From: Felis catus
Taxonomy: Eukaryota
DNA: 64,000 nucleotides
Assembly: GCF_018350175.1 (NCBI RefSeq)
Contig: NC_058368.1
Location: 190,900,001-190,964,000, forward strand
Direction: 5' to 3'
Of the stretch, positions 1 to 13,618 are shown in pieces. The translations under genes and the position numbers were made by a program. Each line of letters starts with the position of its first letter. Position 1 is the stretch's first letter. The notes under the pieces are model-generated. The model was not told where the DNA came from, did not search any database, and worked only from the letters and a program-made list of their open reading frames with translations.

Positions 1-300
1 GGTATTGGCTATATATACTTGAGTATGTATATATACTTGAGTGCATTTCTGGATTTTCTTTTCTGTCCTATCCTTCAATTTTTCAGTTCTTTCACCAAGT
101 ACCATATCATGTTGATTCTGCAGCTTTATACCAAATTTGGTACTAGGAGATATTCAACTTTTTTCTTTTTCAAGACTCTTTTGGCTATTCTTACTCCTCT
201 GCGTTTCCACATAAATTTAGAAATAATGTGTATCTACAAAAAAAAAAAAGTCTCTTTGGCATGTGGACTGTGATTCTATTAAAACTATAAATTAGAGAGA
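1..300 (-). mobile_element. Old L1 (L1M-type) ORF2 fragment, runs off the window start
   Basis: taccatatcatgttgattctgcagcttt...ttttggctattcttactcctctgcgtttccacataaatttaga resembles the antisense of the L1 ORF2 3' part; heavily diverged. Confidence 0.7.
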
Positions 301-384
301 AAATGGAGAAATGGCATTATGATGCAGTAATACTCAGTTTTCCAGTCTAAGATATATGTATTTAATTTCTCTTCTAAAGAGTAG

Positions 385-715
385 TCTGTCTCCCATCACA
401 GGTAGGTCTTTCTGTGTTTGGCTATCGTACTGACATTCATAGGTTAGCAAATGGTGAGAAGTCTCCCAGCTAACATGGTTCATTTAATTTCCTCTTTTAG
501 GAATTTAAATTTGAGGAGGTGAATTCTTCAGATTCAACATCCAAAAAAATAAGGTTTGGGGTTTTTTGAGTTTTCCAAAGATGATCTAGCTCCTGCATTT
601 CTGTAGACTTCAGCTGTTAGGCTTTTTCTTTAATTTAGTGAGTTATTCAATACCCTTTTAGACATTTCTTTCAGGAAGGTACACTGTTGCTTATGGCCAA
701 AAAACTCTAATGTGA
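385..715 (+). mobile_element. Degraded ERVL LTR (LTR33/LTR16-like)
   Basis: aggaatttaaatttgag core and a 3' end like ctgttgcttatggccaaaaaactctaat. Confidence 0.4.
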
Positions 716-1085
716 CTTTTAACATTATTATAGATGAACATAATTTGAATTAAATTAATCCATATTATAATTGCTTTTAAGATATTCTCTGTTGGTTCAT
801 GTTCAATTTTTTTGATATGATACCAATTTGTACCCTAAGCAAAAATGACTTTTTGGAAAAATTCAGAGCAACAGAAGCGATATAAAAAATCTTAAAACAT
901 CAGTCATTTCATGAATTATATACTAATCATTCAGAGTTAATTGGAAGCATAGCCTGTGGAATAATTCTTCTATTTTAACATTTGTCTCAAGTAATATCCT
1001 AGAAGGGAGCTGAGAAGATAATAGTGAACATACAATTATTTTCGTTTCTTCCAAGATGCTCAAGAAATAAATGAATTTAAATTTA

Positions 1086-1297
1086 TTTTTTTTTCAACGT
1101 TTATTTATTTTTGGGACAGAGAGAGACAGAGCATGAACAGGGGAGGGGCAGAGAGAGAGGGAGACACAGAATCCGAAACAGGCTCCAGGCTCTGAGCCAT
1201 CAGCCCAGAGCCTGACGCGGGGCTCGAAGTCACAGACCGCGAGATCGTGACCTGGCTGAAGTCGGACGCTTAACCGACTGCGCCACCCAGGCGCCCC
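1086..1297 (-). mobile_element. Can-SINE, young felid type (SINEC_Fc-like)
   Basis: Minus strand reads GGGGCGCCTGGGTGGCGCAGTCGGTTAAGCGTCCGACTTCAGCCAGGTCACGATCTC..., then (CT)n, AATAAA and A tail; perfect 17-bp TSD AAATGAATTTAAATTTA at 1069-1085 and 1298-1314. Confidence 0.97.
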
Positions 1298-2439
1298 AAA
1301 TGAATTTAAATTTAGAAAGAACCAGATCACATCCAGAAAGAGGGTACTTCCCTATAGAAGCCAACTTCTTTTCCAAAAGCCCTCAGTTCCTCAGCCTGGC
1401 TTCAAAGCACTCACTGCATGTAACTTACAGGTAATTCCCTGGTAGGAGCTGATTACTTCAGAAAATGTGCATGTGCCTCCCTCTATGACCATCATACTTT
1501 CTGGATTTCTTAAGCGATATGAACCCAGGAGACTCCAGACCTAGCAGCATTACAGACCTCCACTTCACCTGCCATGTCCATACTTCTCTGAAAGGCTTTT
1601 TCCACATCTTGGACCCCTGGAGCATCTCTCTCCTTATAGCAAGCTGAGTCAAGGTGTCATTACTAACAATAGCTGTTGGAGTCACTCCTGTTTTCTGCAG
1701 CTGCTTTCAGTCCCCATTAAATGGATGTCTAGTGTCACTTGATATCAACCCATGAAAGGACTGATTTCAATCAAGAAACCAGGCACATTTGTGAATTATC
1801 CTGGGGTTGTAGCAAGGACTAAACGGCATACCACACATAAGTTACTCTTTAGTACCCTGGAAAATAGTAAATACATATTATCTATTGGATTTTATGTTTT
1901 TACCATGGTGATAATCACCCAGAATCAGCAAGGTAGGAGTTATTTCACTTATATTGATTTTCCAAAGTACTGAAATTCCCACTTCTAGATTAATTTCATC
2001 CTTTTACATGAGAATTGGTTCCTTACTATCTGGAAATCTCACTAAAATATATCACTATATATCCTTGGGCATCTTAAATACGCCATACTAATTTAAGGGA
2101 ACAAGTTCTTGATAACTAGGATTATCATCGTAAGCAATTATGATACAGGCTACAGCAGAGGCCCTCAAATCACATGGACTGTTTGTATAATCACATGATT
2201 TGTTGTGGATCTCTCTGAGAAGCGGAGTGAAACCATGAACATTTGCTCCAGAAAAATGCACACATGGAGCGAAAATTAAAAAAACAAAACAAAACAAGCT
2301 CTGGCATATACAAGTTTTAAGAGGATTCATGTGCCCTTAAACGGCACAAGTCTCCAAGGAGACCCCAAAAACCTCATGCCTCACACTAAGCAATGATGTG
2401 GAAAAGGAGCAAGAGGAAGGAGATAAAACTTTACAACAT

Positions 2440-2650
2440 GCCAGCATTTTGCACTCTACCAGCCCTTATATGCATGATCATATTTAATATTCCCAACAGC
2501 CTCATGAGATATATTCTATTTACACCCATTTATACTAACTTCTCAGATGAGGAAACTCAAGATCAGAAGAATATGTGGTATAATATAGTAATTGAACAGA
2601 GAGGAGACTCAAATTCTAGAGTCCAATGTTGTAACACCTGTGTTTTCTAG
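2440..2650 (-). mobile_element. MIR
   Basis: cccaacagcctcatgag...cagatgaggaaactcaagatcaga core. Confidence 0.7.
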
Positions 2651-3621
2651 TTCATCCCTTCTCTGTTATCCTTTCTCCCCCAGCAATTATTATACCTATC
2701 TCTAATAGGGGTTAAAGTGAAACCATTCACTGAGAACCTATCTCAAGTCAATCAATGACAGAGAACCTTTATATGTAAAATCTCGGTTAACCCTCTCAAG
2801 TTGCCATGCATGATGTATAAATAAGTATTCTTAACTCCAACTAATTACAAAAACTGAGACTTAATCTGCCTAACACCAGATTTGAGTCCAGATTTACTCC
2901 CAAAGACTATGGTCTTTCCCCTCCCACTTCCTTCTAAAAGCTATCCCTGTTTCATATGCACCACCAACAAATGTAGCCATTTGTTTCTTAGGCCCAGACT
3001 GATGTGAACTAAGAGTCTGGCTTCAAGAAACTGTATAGGGGCTTTTTAAAATGTTTTCTACAGTCAAGTATGTATCCTTAATGTATGAGGTCTTGCCCAC
3101 CTCTTCAGGGGCTCACTGTTCTTTGTACTGAGCTAATGCTAGTCTTTGGGAAGATCTTGCTGCCCCTCCTACAAAATTATTAAACATCCTCTGTCTTTAA
3201 AAGCAATTACCTGAGCTGCCAAAGGAATCACAGGGAAAGCAGCTTCAAATTACAACAGAGAGTTGCAGAGCATAACTATGTTGTCATATACCATTTCTGT
3301 TTATGGATTTCTATACAGACATGTATCGCTTCTCAATAGAGACTGCTTTATGAGTGTTTTATTTTCCACACAAAGCAGTCTCTGGGAACATCGAGGTGTG
3401 ACCACAGTATTTTGTTACCTTATGCTTGGCTTCCTTCTTCCGTATAGTGAAGAAAAATGTGATGGCCTGTTTTAGTTAGAGGAAACCTGTATAGCTGAGA
3501 CTTCTGTTTGGCTATCTCCAATACCCCAAAGTATATCACGTATTTCTTTTGCCTTTTGCTCACATTTTCCACAGGATAGTTCATAGACAATTGAATGAAT
3601 AAAATAAAAATTTATTTAAAC

Positions 3622-3849
3622 CAGAAGTCAGCAAACTAAGTCCTACAAAAAAGTACAGACTGCTTGTTGCCTGTTATAAATAAAGTTTTATTGGAACACA
3701 ACCATGCCCATTAGTTTATATATTATCTATGGGTGTTTTTGCACTATGATAGCAAGGATGAGTAGTTACAACACAATAGAGACCATCCCCCCTACAAAGC
3801 CTAAAATGTTTACGATATGGCCTTTGCAGAAAATGTCTGCCAACCTTCA
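3622..3849. mobile_element. MER58A-like hAT-Charlie MITE
   Basis: ataaagttttattggaacacaaccatgccc...aaagcctaaaatgtttacgatatggcctttgcagaaaatgtctgccaacc. Confidence 0.88.
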
Positions 3850-3899
3850 ATATACTTCCTGGGTGATGGTAACTGTGCTAAGTGATATATATATACATT

Positions 3900-4151
3900 T
3901 AGGGCCCATTGTGACTTTTGGGAGGTTCTAGGCATTTTTGCCTTCGTGGTTTCTTCCTCCATAAAAAATGATCAAAATTATATTTTGTGACTACTATGAT
4001 ATACATATAAATATATTACATATGAAAACATTTTCTTTGATTTTAAAGTTCATTTTATTGTCCTAATTTTAAAAGAAATTAAAATACTTTTGTGGTGCTC
4101 CAAAAATATTGTGAGCACTGTGCCCACAGTGCTTAAAAAACATCAGCCCGG
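3900..4151 (-). mobile_element. ORSL-like hAT-Tip100 MITE
   Basis: agggccc...ctaggcatttttgccttcgtgg...ttcctccataaaaaat...aaagaaattaaaatacttttgtgg...cactgtgcc matches the reverse of the ORSL consensus as recalled. Confidence 0.7.
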
Positions 4152-4473
4152 CCTACATCATAGATAGTATTTATACTTCTTAGAAGCCCCGTTAGAGAAG
4201 ATGAGGAAACCAGATCTTCGAGCATCTGATGTCCTCTGTGCAACACAAGCCCACACATGTAGCAAGAACTCAGACTCAGGTTTTGTCAGACCCAGGAGAG
4301 TGAACTCTTAATCCCTTTGTCATACATTTTCACTGCCTCCCCTTCCCTGCCATGATCATGGGGACAGTTAGGTAAAATGACCCAAGAACCACCAGAAAAG
4401 GAGAGAAGCTTTTCCGTTTCGGGCTACTTAAGTGCCTTGTGATCCTCATTACTCTTAAAACTAGTAGGCATTT

Positions 4474-4690
4474 AAAATTTTTTTTTTCAACGTTTATTCA
4501 TTTTTGGGACAGAGAGAGACAGAGCATGAATGGGGGAGGGGCAGAGAGAGAGGGAGACACAGAATCGGAAACAGGCTCCAGGCCCTGAGCCATCAGCCCA
4601 GAGCCCGACGTGGGGCTCGAACTCCCGGACCGCGAGATCGTGACCTGGCTGAAGTCGGACGCTCAACCGACTGCGCCACCCAGGTGCCCC
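4474..4690 (-). mobile_element. Can-SINE, young felid type (SINEC_Fc-like)
   Basis: Full-length; perfect 17-bp TSD AAAACTAGTAGGCATTT at 4457-4473 and 4691-4707. Confidence 0.97.
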
Positions 4691-5551
4691 AAAACTAGTA
4701 GGCATTTTAATTAGTACTTGCAAACAGTTGTAGATAAGGGTTAAAAAAGATTATTTCTCGGAATGTTTTTGCTCCCTAGAGTCTTACCAGGAGCAGGGAT
4801 GAGATGACTTCTCTTGTCATGTAGTCCCTCCCCTATAGTTCTCCAGTTAAGGAAACACAGAATTTTTATAGTTGTATCTGTTCACTAAAATATATGACTT
4901 GGCATTTTCACTCTCAGAATATATTGAAAAATAATTTAAGCTGCCTTCCAGTGTTATCTACAACTTGTACAGGACATTGCTGGCTGCAGAGAAAGCTCAG
5001 GAGACTACACAGAAATGAGAGATTTGAAAGATATTGTCCCAAAGGGGAAGGAATAAGTATATTACTTTCTTTTTCTTTACAAACATGTACCAGCTAAGAA
5101 CTTCTGAAACAAAAAGAAAATGTCTGTTAGCATAGAAGCCTGAGAGTCTAGAGTAGCAAGTACAAGGGACTGTCCGCTGAGTGGAAAAAGCAGTTCCTCA
5201 GTGAGCCCCATCGCTGTGTATCCTCACCAACATTCATGGGCCATCATCTCAGGGATGCCAGGAACCACCTCTGCTCCCAAATCCCTCTCCATTCAATTTC
5301 TTCAAATCATTTGCTTTTGGATCAAGGCTTTGAATCGGTCACATTGGCACCAAAATGAGGGTAAGGTTGTGAGGGTACGGGGTCAGGCCACAGTTAACTT
5401 TTGACATGAGTTAAGAAAGAGAAAGAAGGAGAAGTCTTAGAAATACTGGGCCATATGGAAAAGGAAGACAGATTCTCTTGGAGGCCTCTTGGAGGCCTGT
5501 TCTACGGGAGAAAAACTTAAAGACTTAATGACTCCGGGAATAAGAGTTACC

Positions 5552-5573
5552 AAAAAAAAAAAAAAAAAAAAAA
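5552..5573 (+). repeat. Poly(A) tract, A22
   Basis: Read directly. Confidence 0.95.
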
Positions 5574-6594
5574 GACAGAGAGATGACCATGTGGGGGGTA
5601 GGTCTGTATTTCAGGAGATGTCTACCTAAATTTTGCCAATTTCCTAATATTCCTGAGAACTTTCCAACAACTATTTCTAGTAAGTTGTCCAAGGATTATC
5701 TCTTTCCCAAGCTGACATGCTGTATCAATTCCTTCTAGTAAGATATAGAAAGGCCCTTCAACTATCTTGATTCTCAAAATACAGTGTATACACCAGAGTA
5801 TCAGGATCACCAGGCTCTAGCCACACCCACCAAATTCGCATGTACATTTCACTCTCAGTGACAGATGCACACATCACTGCTTTGGAAGCACTAAAGACAC
5901 ACTAGAAGCTCTTTGAAGAAGATGGTCGTTCCTGGAGGGGATCCTGGAGGGATCCCCTGACCCCCCTTTTGTTGAACACATGCCTCCATAAATTTCCTGC
6001 ATCCAGTAACATCCAATTCATACTCACATTGCATCTGAGGCACTGGAGACTGCCTCAAACAGAGCTCAACAAATCTAAAACGTGCAGAATGACCTTATCC
6101 TATGTAGCATTTTGGTTCTACTGCATAAAAATGCTGTAATTAATGTTAGCGCCCGGGAACTGTTGGAGTTTTGACTTAAAAAAAAATCAATAGCAATACA
6201 AAAGACTTTCAAGCATTTGGGGGCCAAGACACCTCTGTGACACTCTGCCCACTCCTAAATGTCATTACGTTATTTGACGCACATAACATGAAACATGCAT
6301 GAACTGTAGTGTATTGTACAAGCCATGTGTGCTCAGGGGAGAGCTGGAGGAGGAAGTAACAGCAGAGGACAGAGCTGTCATCAGGTTCTATTGCATTCAG
6401 GCTTCAAGGCACCATTTTTCCATTATTCCCAGGTTGTCGCTGAAAAGAGCTATGGTAAATCGAGTAACATTTCTTGCCACTGCTTTGATTTCAACAAGAG
6501 TATTTAAGGCTGCTGCAAAGGAAACATGCCCTGTATTTCTGTATACATCCGTCCTCAAAACATTTTCGTGTATAAAATGGTGGTCCTAGCATCA

Positions 6595-6800
6595 TCACTT
6601 CAAATCTGGCTCTTCCACTTCTTGGCAGTATGATTTGGGGGCAAACTGTATAATTTGCCTTGGTCTCTACTCCCTCATCTGTAAAATGAGTGTCACAGAA
6701 GTAGCTACTTCACAGATTTGTTGTGAGTTTTAAATGAGGTAGTACATATCAAGTGATGAGCACAACACCTGGCACATAATGTAGCTAAAATGTACCTACT
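6595..6800 (+). mobile_element. MIR
   Basis: ttcaaatctggctcttccactt...ctcatctgtaaaatgag...ttgtgagttttaaatgag...cacctggcacata. Confidence 0.85.
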
Positions 6801-8691
6801 GTCATGAGCTATGCAATTTTTGCGAACTTCACTTTGAGTCCAGAGAATGAAACAGAGAGAAGCTCAGTGACCCATGCACGGTCCTATGCTTTTAGGAACA
6901 GGGGAGCAAAAATCTTACTTCTTCCTTAGCGTTCCCTCTAGTAACAGAACACTGACCTCAATCCAAACGGTACTGTCTCTATGTAAATTCATCCAAAGAG
7001 ATACACAGTTCAGGTAAACAAAACAAAACTGTGCCTCAAAACCTATCATAGAACCTTATTACGAACTCATCATTTGGTATCATAATACCAAGAACTGTAT
7101 GTCTGCTCCCTGAAAAGGGCTTCTCTGGGGAAAGTCAACACATTTTGCCACTGTTAATACACATTTTACTCTGATGTTTCCCAGGCCGGTCGCTCTCTTC
7201 CAACATGTCTGTACAAACTTTTCAAGTGAAGGGAAGCATTTGAAAGAAGAGAAAATGGGCCTAATAGATCACGCTTAACTTGTCTCAAAAATAATAAACT
7301 CTTGATGAAATCAGAATATAATAAGAACGCATATTACTTGTGATTGTGTATTAGTCACAATTCTGCATAAGCTCACAGCCTAAAAAAACTACATTACAGC
7401 CTTCCTTTCTTTGGGAACATTTCTGTGAAAATAAAAGTGTGCATATTCTAAACATTTGTGCTTCATTCATATAAGAATACATTCCTTACTACTATTCCAG
7501 CAACCACCTCCATCCCAGACACTCAAAGTCTGCTTGATATTTCTTTATACAAAATGCTAATAAGCTTTGGATCTGATTTCTGAACACAGGGGAAAGGACA
7601 CTACATTAGAATTAAGGAATAAAAAATTCTATCTACCTTCTTCAGATATGGTAAGCTTCTTAAGTCATTTTCTCTCTTTGGGTCTTGATTTTCCCGATAG
7701 TAAACAAGGATGGTTAAACTAAATAATGTCCTGGGTTTCCTTCAGTTCTGTAATTATGCAATCCTATGGATTTCAGTAGAGGGACACCTCAAAGAAGGAT
7801 AGGTATCAGAAGTGAGCAGATAAGATGAAAGCAAAAAGGACATACATATATAGTCTAAGGTAACTCTGACATTTTCTTAAACTTCCCCTTAAAGCCAGGA
7901 GCTGGACTTTTAGGAACATAAAAGTTCAGGATTAGGTTTTTTTCATTTCTATTTGCATTTTGTCTATGGGTTCCTGGTCCACAGAACAAAGACCAAAGTC
8001 TCATCTTAACAGGGGGAGGGACACAGGCTATTTGTTTCCCTCTTCTTACCTCCTCCTCCAACCCTATCTATCCCTCTATGCATTATATAGTTGAACTTGG
8101 CTATATAAAATTTGTGTATGATGTTACTCTACTATTTACAGCTTTTCACATGTTTCTTCCTTCAACTGCAGTTCTACCCATGGCCCAAATCTGTAATATT
8201 TGCAAGAATTGTATAGGTGGCTAGCTCGAGGTCTTAAGGTACAATTAGGGTCCAAATTTCCTTGATTTAACATAGAACTCTAATGGTAATTCAAAATGGA
8301 TTTATCCATGAAGGAAGGAAATTAGAAATGCACTTGGTCAATCACAAAGGGTATTTTCAGGAGAAGAAAGTCAAATAAGTACCAGATTCCCACTCTATGA
8401 TTCCCTCCCTCTTAAGTGGAACTGAAAGGCCCAAAGTATATTACAGTAAAGGTGACTTGAAATTTAATTATTTGAAATATGATTGCAAAAATAACTCCAG
8501 AGTACAGTCTGTGTCTATCCAAAAAATAAGAGGGCAAAGGATCAAGAAAAAGAGAGTGAAAACCCAGGGCAAAAATGATTTCCTAACAATATCTTATATA
8601 AGAAAAGTAATTGGTACGATGGAGCCTTTTCCCCCCCTAAGGAAATTTAATTTCATTACAGCTGTTTTTAGTCAGAGATTAAAGTTATTTT

Positions 8692-8870
8692 GGGGCACCT
8701 GGGCAGCTCAGTTGGTTAAGCACCTGATTCTTGATTTTCGCTCAAGTCATGATCTTATGGTTTGAGAGATCATGCCCCGAGTTGGGCTCTGTGCTGACAA
8801 AGCAGAGCCTGCTTAGGATTTTCTCTGCCCCTCCCCCCGCTTTCTCTCTCAAAAATAAATAAATATTTAA
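8692..8870 (+). mobile_element. Can-SINE, older subfamily
   Basis: ggggcacctgggcagctcagttggttaagc...aaaaataaataaa; degraded TSD aaagttatttt / aaaattatttt. Confidence 0.93.
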
Positions 8871-11084
8871 AAAATTATTTTATTGTAGCCATTTTTTTGT
8901 TTTTTTTTTTTTGTTCTTAAACTTCACTCTCATTTGGAGTGATGATACAACATTCTCATTTTCTTTCTGCCAGAATTTTTGATAATGCTATGCTGTTACA
9001 GAAACTCCAATGAGAAGAGGGTGTTTATTTTGACATTCGTTGGGTTGACTAGACAAGAAAGTCCAGACACATAAAATTGCTTAAATATATGTAATTTTTT
9101 TAGCATCAAAAATATGTTTTTGAGAATGCAAAACACATCAGCTGTCACATATTCTGACATTTTCAGAGGCTTCTTAGAATTGACACAAGGAAGGGGAAGA
9201 ATTGTCATAAGAAATGAAAAATCTGGACTGGGAGAAAGCTCACTGTGAAAGGTAGTAGGATATTTAGTAAAAGAAACTAGCACAAGAAAACTTTTTTTTG
9301 TGAACACTTCTCAAAGCATTCCCTAGAAACACTTTCCCTATGAGATGACCTGGAAAAATGAAATCTGTACTCTGTATCTATCTACCTATATATTGGTATA
9401 TGTGTGTATAAATACACAAACATGTCATGAATTTCTTTCTTTCTTGGCCGAATCATCTTGGGAAATGCTCTACACTCTATTAACTTCTTAGAAAATGACA
9501 AGACACAGTAGTCTGTTCAAGGTTCTCAGAAGGCTAAAATAAAAGTGATTGGTTTAACTTTATCCCAGTGCTTTGAAAATGTATCTGGCTGCAGAACTCC
9601 TTTTCATGATCCATCTTTATTATCCTACAGAGAACACCACAGAAAATGCTATTATGACATACCTCAAAATTAGAAAGTCTGAACTTACAGTATCCTAGAT
9701 TGAACAGTCCCTTAGCTCAACCATTTTAGCCTATGGAACGAATGGGCTCATATCCATTTGTGATTCCCAGAATACCTATCATTCATTCACTCATTCACTC
9801 ATTCACTCCGTCAACAACACTGAGACAGCACTGCTGACCCTTCTCCTTCTTCAAAGTCCTGGTCAGATCCAATTTCCTCAGTGAATTCTATTGCACTGGC
9901 TATTAGAGAATGGACCTTTTTCTTTGAACTCCAAAAGAATTTAGCATACCCACAATTATGATAATGATTTCTAGATCTTTTAATGTTTTTAAGTCTTGAT
10001 TTGATACCTAAATTTTTTTAAGCTCTTAAAAGGCAGGGGCTATATTTCATATACTTCAGACTTACAGACCTAATGTCATCTTGGTTTAGTAAGTCATTGT
10101 TCACTTAACATATGCAGAAAACTGAACTCTCTAACCTTATAAATGACATCACCCTGGTCTGCCCACAGCTGAGGACAGTTGCCCCCCCCCCTTGAAATGC
10201 AGCAATCAATACCGCATTTCCTACTCTGTATTTATAAACAGGAAATTAACTGCCTTCCATCATTGTTCTAATTGACCTTCAGCTCAGGTTTGAAAGGAAA
10301 GACCTCAGCCAAACAAGAGGCTTTATTAATGGTATCAATCCATTAGTGGTGCTTTTGGTTTCATTATAATGGTACCGTATGCAATAAAGAAACACATTTT
10401 AGTAATCTGGATTGGGGGGAGGGAGGGTGTCTCTAAAACAGGTTTCCCTCTAAAGGAGCAGAGAACCTTTTAGGCCAAAGCTTATTTCTTGCTTGAATTC
10501 AAACCTCCAGGGAACACAGAAAGGAAATCCTAGCTAACTTGCAGAAGGAAACAAAAGTAGGTAAATGCATGCTATCCACTTGAACCTAGGCGTTTCCAAA
10601 TCAGGGTAGTTAATCCTTAAAAAACTGCCTCACTTAAGAAAAAATTGTCAAGATGTTAACTGGCCTATGCTAACTTTCAATACAGTCATGGTGCATTAAA
10701 TGCACTTTATCTCCTCTTTTAAATCACCAAGTAGTTATCAAAGAGCTAATAAGTATTTACCAACAGTTCTTGCAAACATAGACACAGCTGAGAGAAGACA
10801 AGGGAAACGGGATCTTTATAGACACACAAAAGGCTGCCAGTTTCTCCCAATGTAAAATGTGGCCAATGAGCTAGAGAGGCCCAGAGAAGACTATAAGTTC
10901 TCCAAGGACACACAGACAAAATGGGAAACGCCTGTCATATCTCTGGACTCTCACTTTGTCCAATGTCTCTCAAATTAAGATGGTATTTTTAAACAAGTCT
11001 TCCAAGTGGTTCTTGTGTACACCAAAGTTTAAGAAGTATTATTTTGAAGAATCAGAATGACTGAGAGGGTAAAACGGAATATAA

Positions 11085-11245
11085 ATTCTCTACTTAGACT
11101 ATAAACTTTCTTGTAGATAATAGGGCACTTGAGTGCAGGGAGCTTGTCTGTCTTATGTCTATATGTCTAAGCACTCAGAACAGTGGGAACTCTATAATGT
11201 GCACATAATTATACATAGTACTTATAAAATGGTGAATTGGAGCAA
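11085..11245 (+). mobile_element. L2 3' end
   Basis: ctctacttagactataaactttctt...gcactcagaacagtggg...aaaatggtgaat. Confidence 0.55.
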
Positions 11246-12892
11246 GGAAGAACAAAAGACAGAAGGGGGTGAGAAAGGGCATAAGACAGTATTTCATCAG
11301 AGATGCTTGGACAAGGTTGATTTTTTTATTCTTGAGTTTGCCATCCAATCAAAAGTTTTCCCCCCTCTTATGTGCTATCAGTTGAATAAAAAATAAGATA
11401 GTGTCAGTATTTTTTGAAAGGACTGAATTTTATTCTTCATAATTCAGGTTAAATCTCTTTAAAAAAACATACCTTATCTTAGCCTCTAATAACCCTTGCT
11501 AAAACTGGCATCTTCCTAAAAAGTCTCAAGTTTTGAGAGAAAGTAAGAAATCAAACTGTACTGAAAGACTACCATGTGCCAGTCACTGGGTACAGCACAT
11601 TATAAAGGTTCTCCCATGCAATAGCCATAATACCCTTGAGGTTAGTAGATCACCTCTGTCTCTATCTTACACATGATGGTGATGATGATGAGTGTGCTTT
11701 TATAAGGTGGCCGTGTTTACCCTTTACATAAGTCATCTCATCTAATTTGTACAACATCTGCAGGAATATTTAAATATATATTTATATATACACACATACA
11801 CATATATATTCATAATATTTTACAAATAAAAATCTGAGGATTAGAGACCTGTCAAGGTGCCAAAAAGCCACCCACCTAGGTTGTAGGGAAGCCTGGCAAA
11901 GACTGTGGGTCAATCTCCATTACTTGCACACACATACCCCAAATAAGAAAAAAAGGTGAGGAGGGGTCAGTGGCCTCCCACATTCTGAGCTCCCAGATGG
12001 GGAATACATGTCTCCCAGGAAACCATGAAGTAGGGCATAAGGGACACTTACCCTTTTCTATCACTACCTAAGACAGTCATAGGGCAAGGGTTCTGTTCTT
12101 GAATCTTCTGAGGTTACTCTGTGTGCCCCAGGCTCAGATACCCCAAGGGACGTTAAGGCATAAATATGACATGGGTGTTAAGATGGAAAGAATTTTATTT
12201 TGCTCCTGTGTTTTCTTCAGTATGAGCCAAAACAATGGTATAAAGCCCCCAACCAGGGATGCAATATTTGATACATTTTTGGATGAATGGGTCAAATATT
12301 TACTGTTCTGTGCTTTTTATTGCAATGGTTTCTTGTTTACTTAACTTTTTAAGATCGTAAAATAATTAAACTTCATTTCAGTAACTACTGTATATTTAAT
12401 TCATAAATGTCAAATAAGCTTCTTATATATGCTAAAAATTATTTTAGGGGACCGAAAGTGTATCAATAGCAACTAACTTAAAGCAAGCAGGATGTTTTTT
12501 TAAAGGATTTTTACAGAACTATTTGTATTATCAAAGGAAAACAAGGTGCCCATACTGAAGTCTTTACTATTTAGAAAAAATACAGCTTGTAAGTGGGGTA
12601 TAATCATTAAACACAGACTGTCACACATGAGAAAGCAAATAAGAAAGTTACCAAATGTGCTTGTGGTCTGTGTTCCAGTAAATTGTAGATAAATGAACAA
12701 TGCAAAAACCTAGATACTGAAAATATTTCCTCAGGCTGAGGCTCCAATCAAGACATGTTCACTAGGACCAAATTATTTTTGGATTGATGTAGTTTTTTTA
12801 TAAACTGCAATTTTGTCTATATTCTAACAAAGCATATAATTACTAAATGTGTTTTAATTCAAAATTTGAATTGCTGAATGAAACTTGCCAAG

Positions 12893-13070
12893 TGTATTCG
12901 TCTTCTAGAGCTGCCAGAACAAAGCAATTATACCCTGGGTGCCTTAACACAGCAGAAATGGGTGTAGGGTACAAGCTCCAAATGAAGGTGTTAGTAGGGC
13001 CATGCGCCTTCCGAAATCTTGAGGGGAGAAGCTTCCTTGCCTCTTCTGGCTTCCAGTTACCCTAGGCGTT
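12893..13070 (-). mobile_element. MLT1 (MaLR) LTR fragment
   Basis: tgtattcgtcttctagagctgccagaacaaag...ccttgcctcttctggcttccag. Confidence 0.8.
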
Positions 13071-13089
13071 CCCTTTTGCTTCATGGTTC

Positions 13090-13618
13090 GTTTCTCAGTT
13101 TATTTCCTTTTGCACGTTAATACAAGCAGCAAGAAGCCGCCACAATACACCTTCCAAACGTTGCTTGGAAATCTCTTCGCCTCCACATCCAAGCTCAGTG
13201 CTTTTAAGTTCTACTTTTCTTGCAATAGCAGAACATAATTCAGCTGAGTTCCACATCACTTTATGGCAAGACTCATCTTTCCTGTAGGGTGGTGTAATGG
13301 TATGTCCCTCATTTCTCAGATCTCACCAGAAGCACCTTTAACGTTCATATTTTCAGCAACACACTGTTCATGACATTATAGCCATTTTCCAGAACAGTAA
13401 AAGCTTTCTCTATAGATCTCCTTTCTTCTGTATAAGCTCTTAACTGGGTTATCTTTAATAGCCATATTTCTACCAACATTCTTTTCAAGGCAATCTAGAC
13501 TTTTTATGTCAAGTACCTGCAACCTCTTCTAGCCTCTATCTATTACCCAATCCCAAAGCTACTTTTGCACTTTTAGATTCTTGTTTACAGCAGCACCCCA
13601 CTTATTGGTGCCAAAATC
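13090..13618 (-). mobile_element. MLT1 internal region (5' part)
   Basis: Minus strand begins gattttggcaccaataagtggggtgctgctgtaaacaag directly after the LTR end, the typical start of MLT1-int. Confidence 0.8.

Noticed and set aside
1086..1297. tRNA-like A and B boxes
   Set aside because: tRNA-derived SINE head followed by (CT)n, A tail and TSD; not a tRNA gene. The same applies to all 15 copies
1094..1330. Similar ORFs at 1094-1330, 4487-4723 and 34432-34641 (GAPGWRSRLSVRLQPGHDLAV...) suggesting a gene family
   Set aside because: They are translations of Can-SINE copies, not genes
5542..5588. A22 tract as a tail-only retro-insertion
   Set aside because: Flanking similarity (agagttacc / agagatgacc) is too short and offset to call a TSD
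8397..8765. 122-aa ORF
   Set aside because: No recognisable domain and it runs into a SINE; chance ORF
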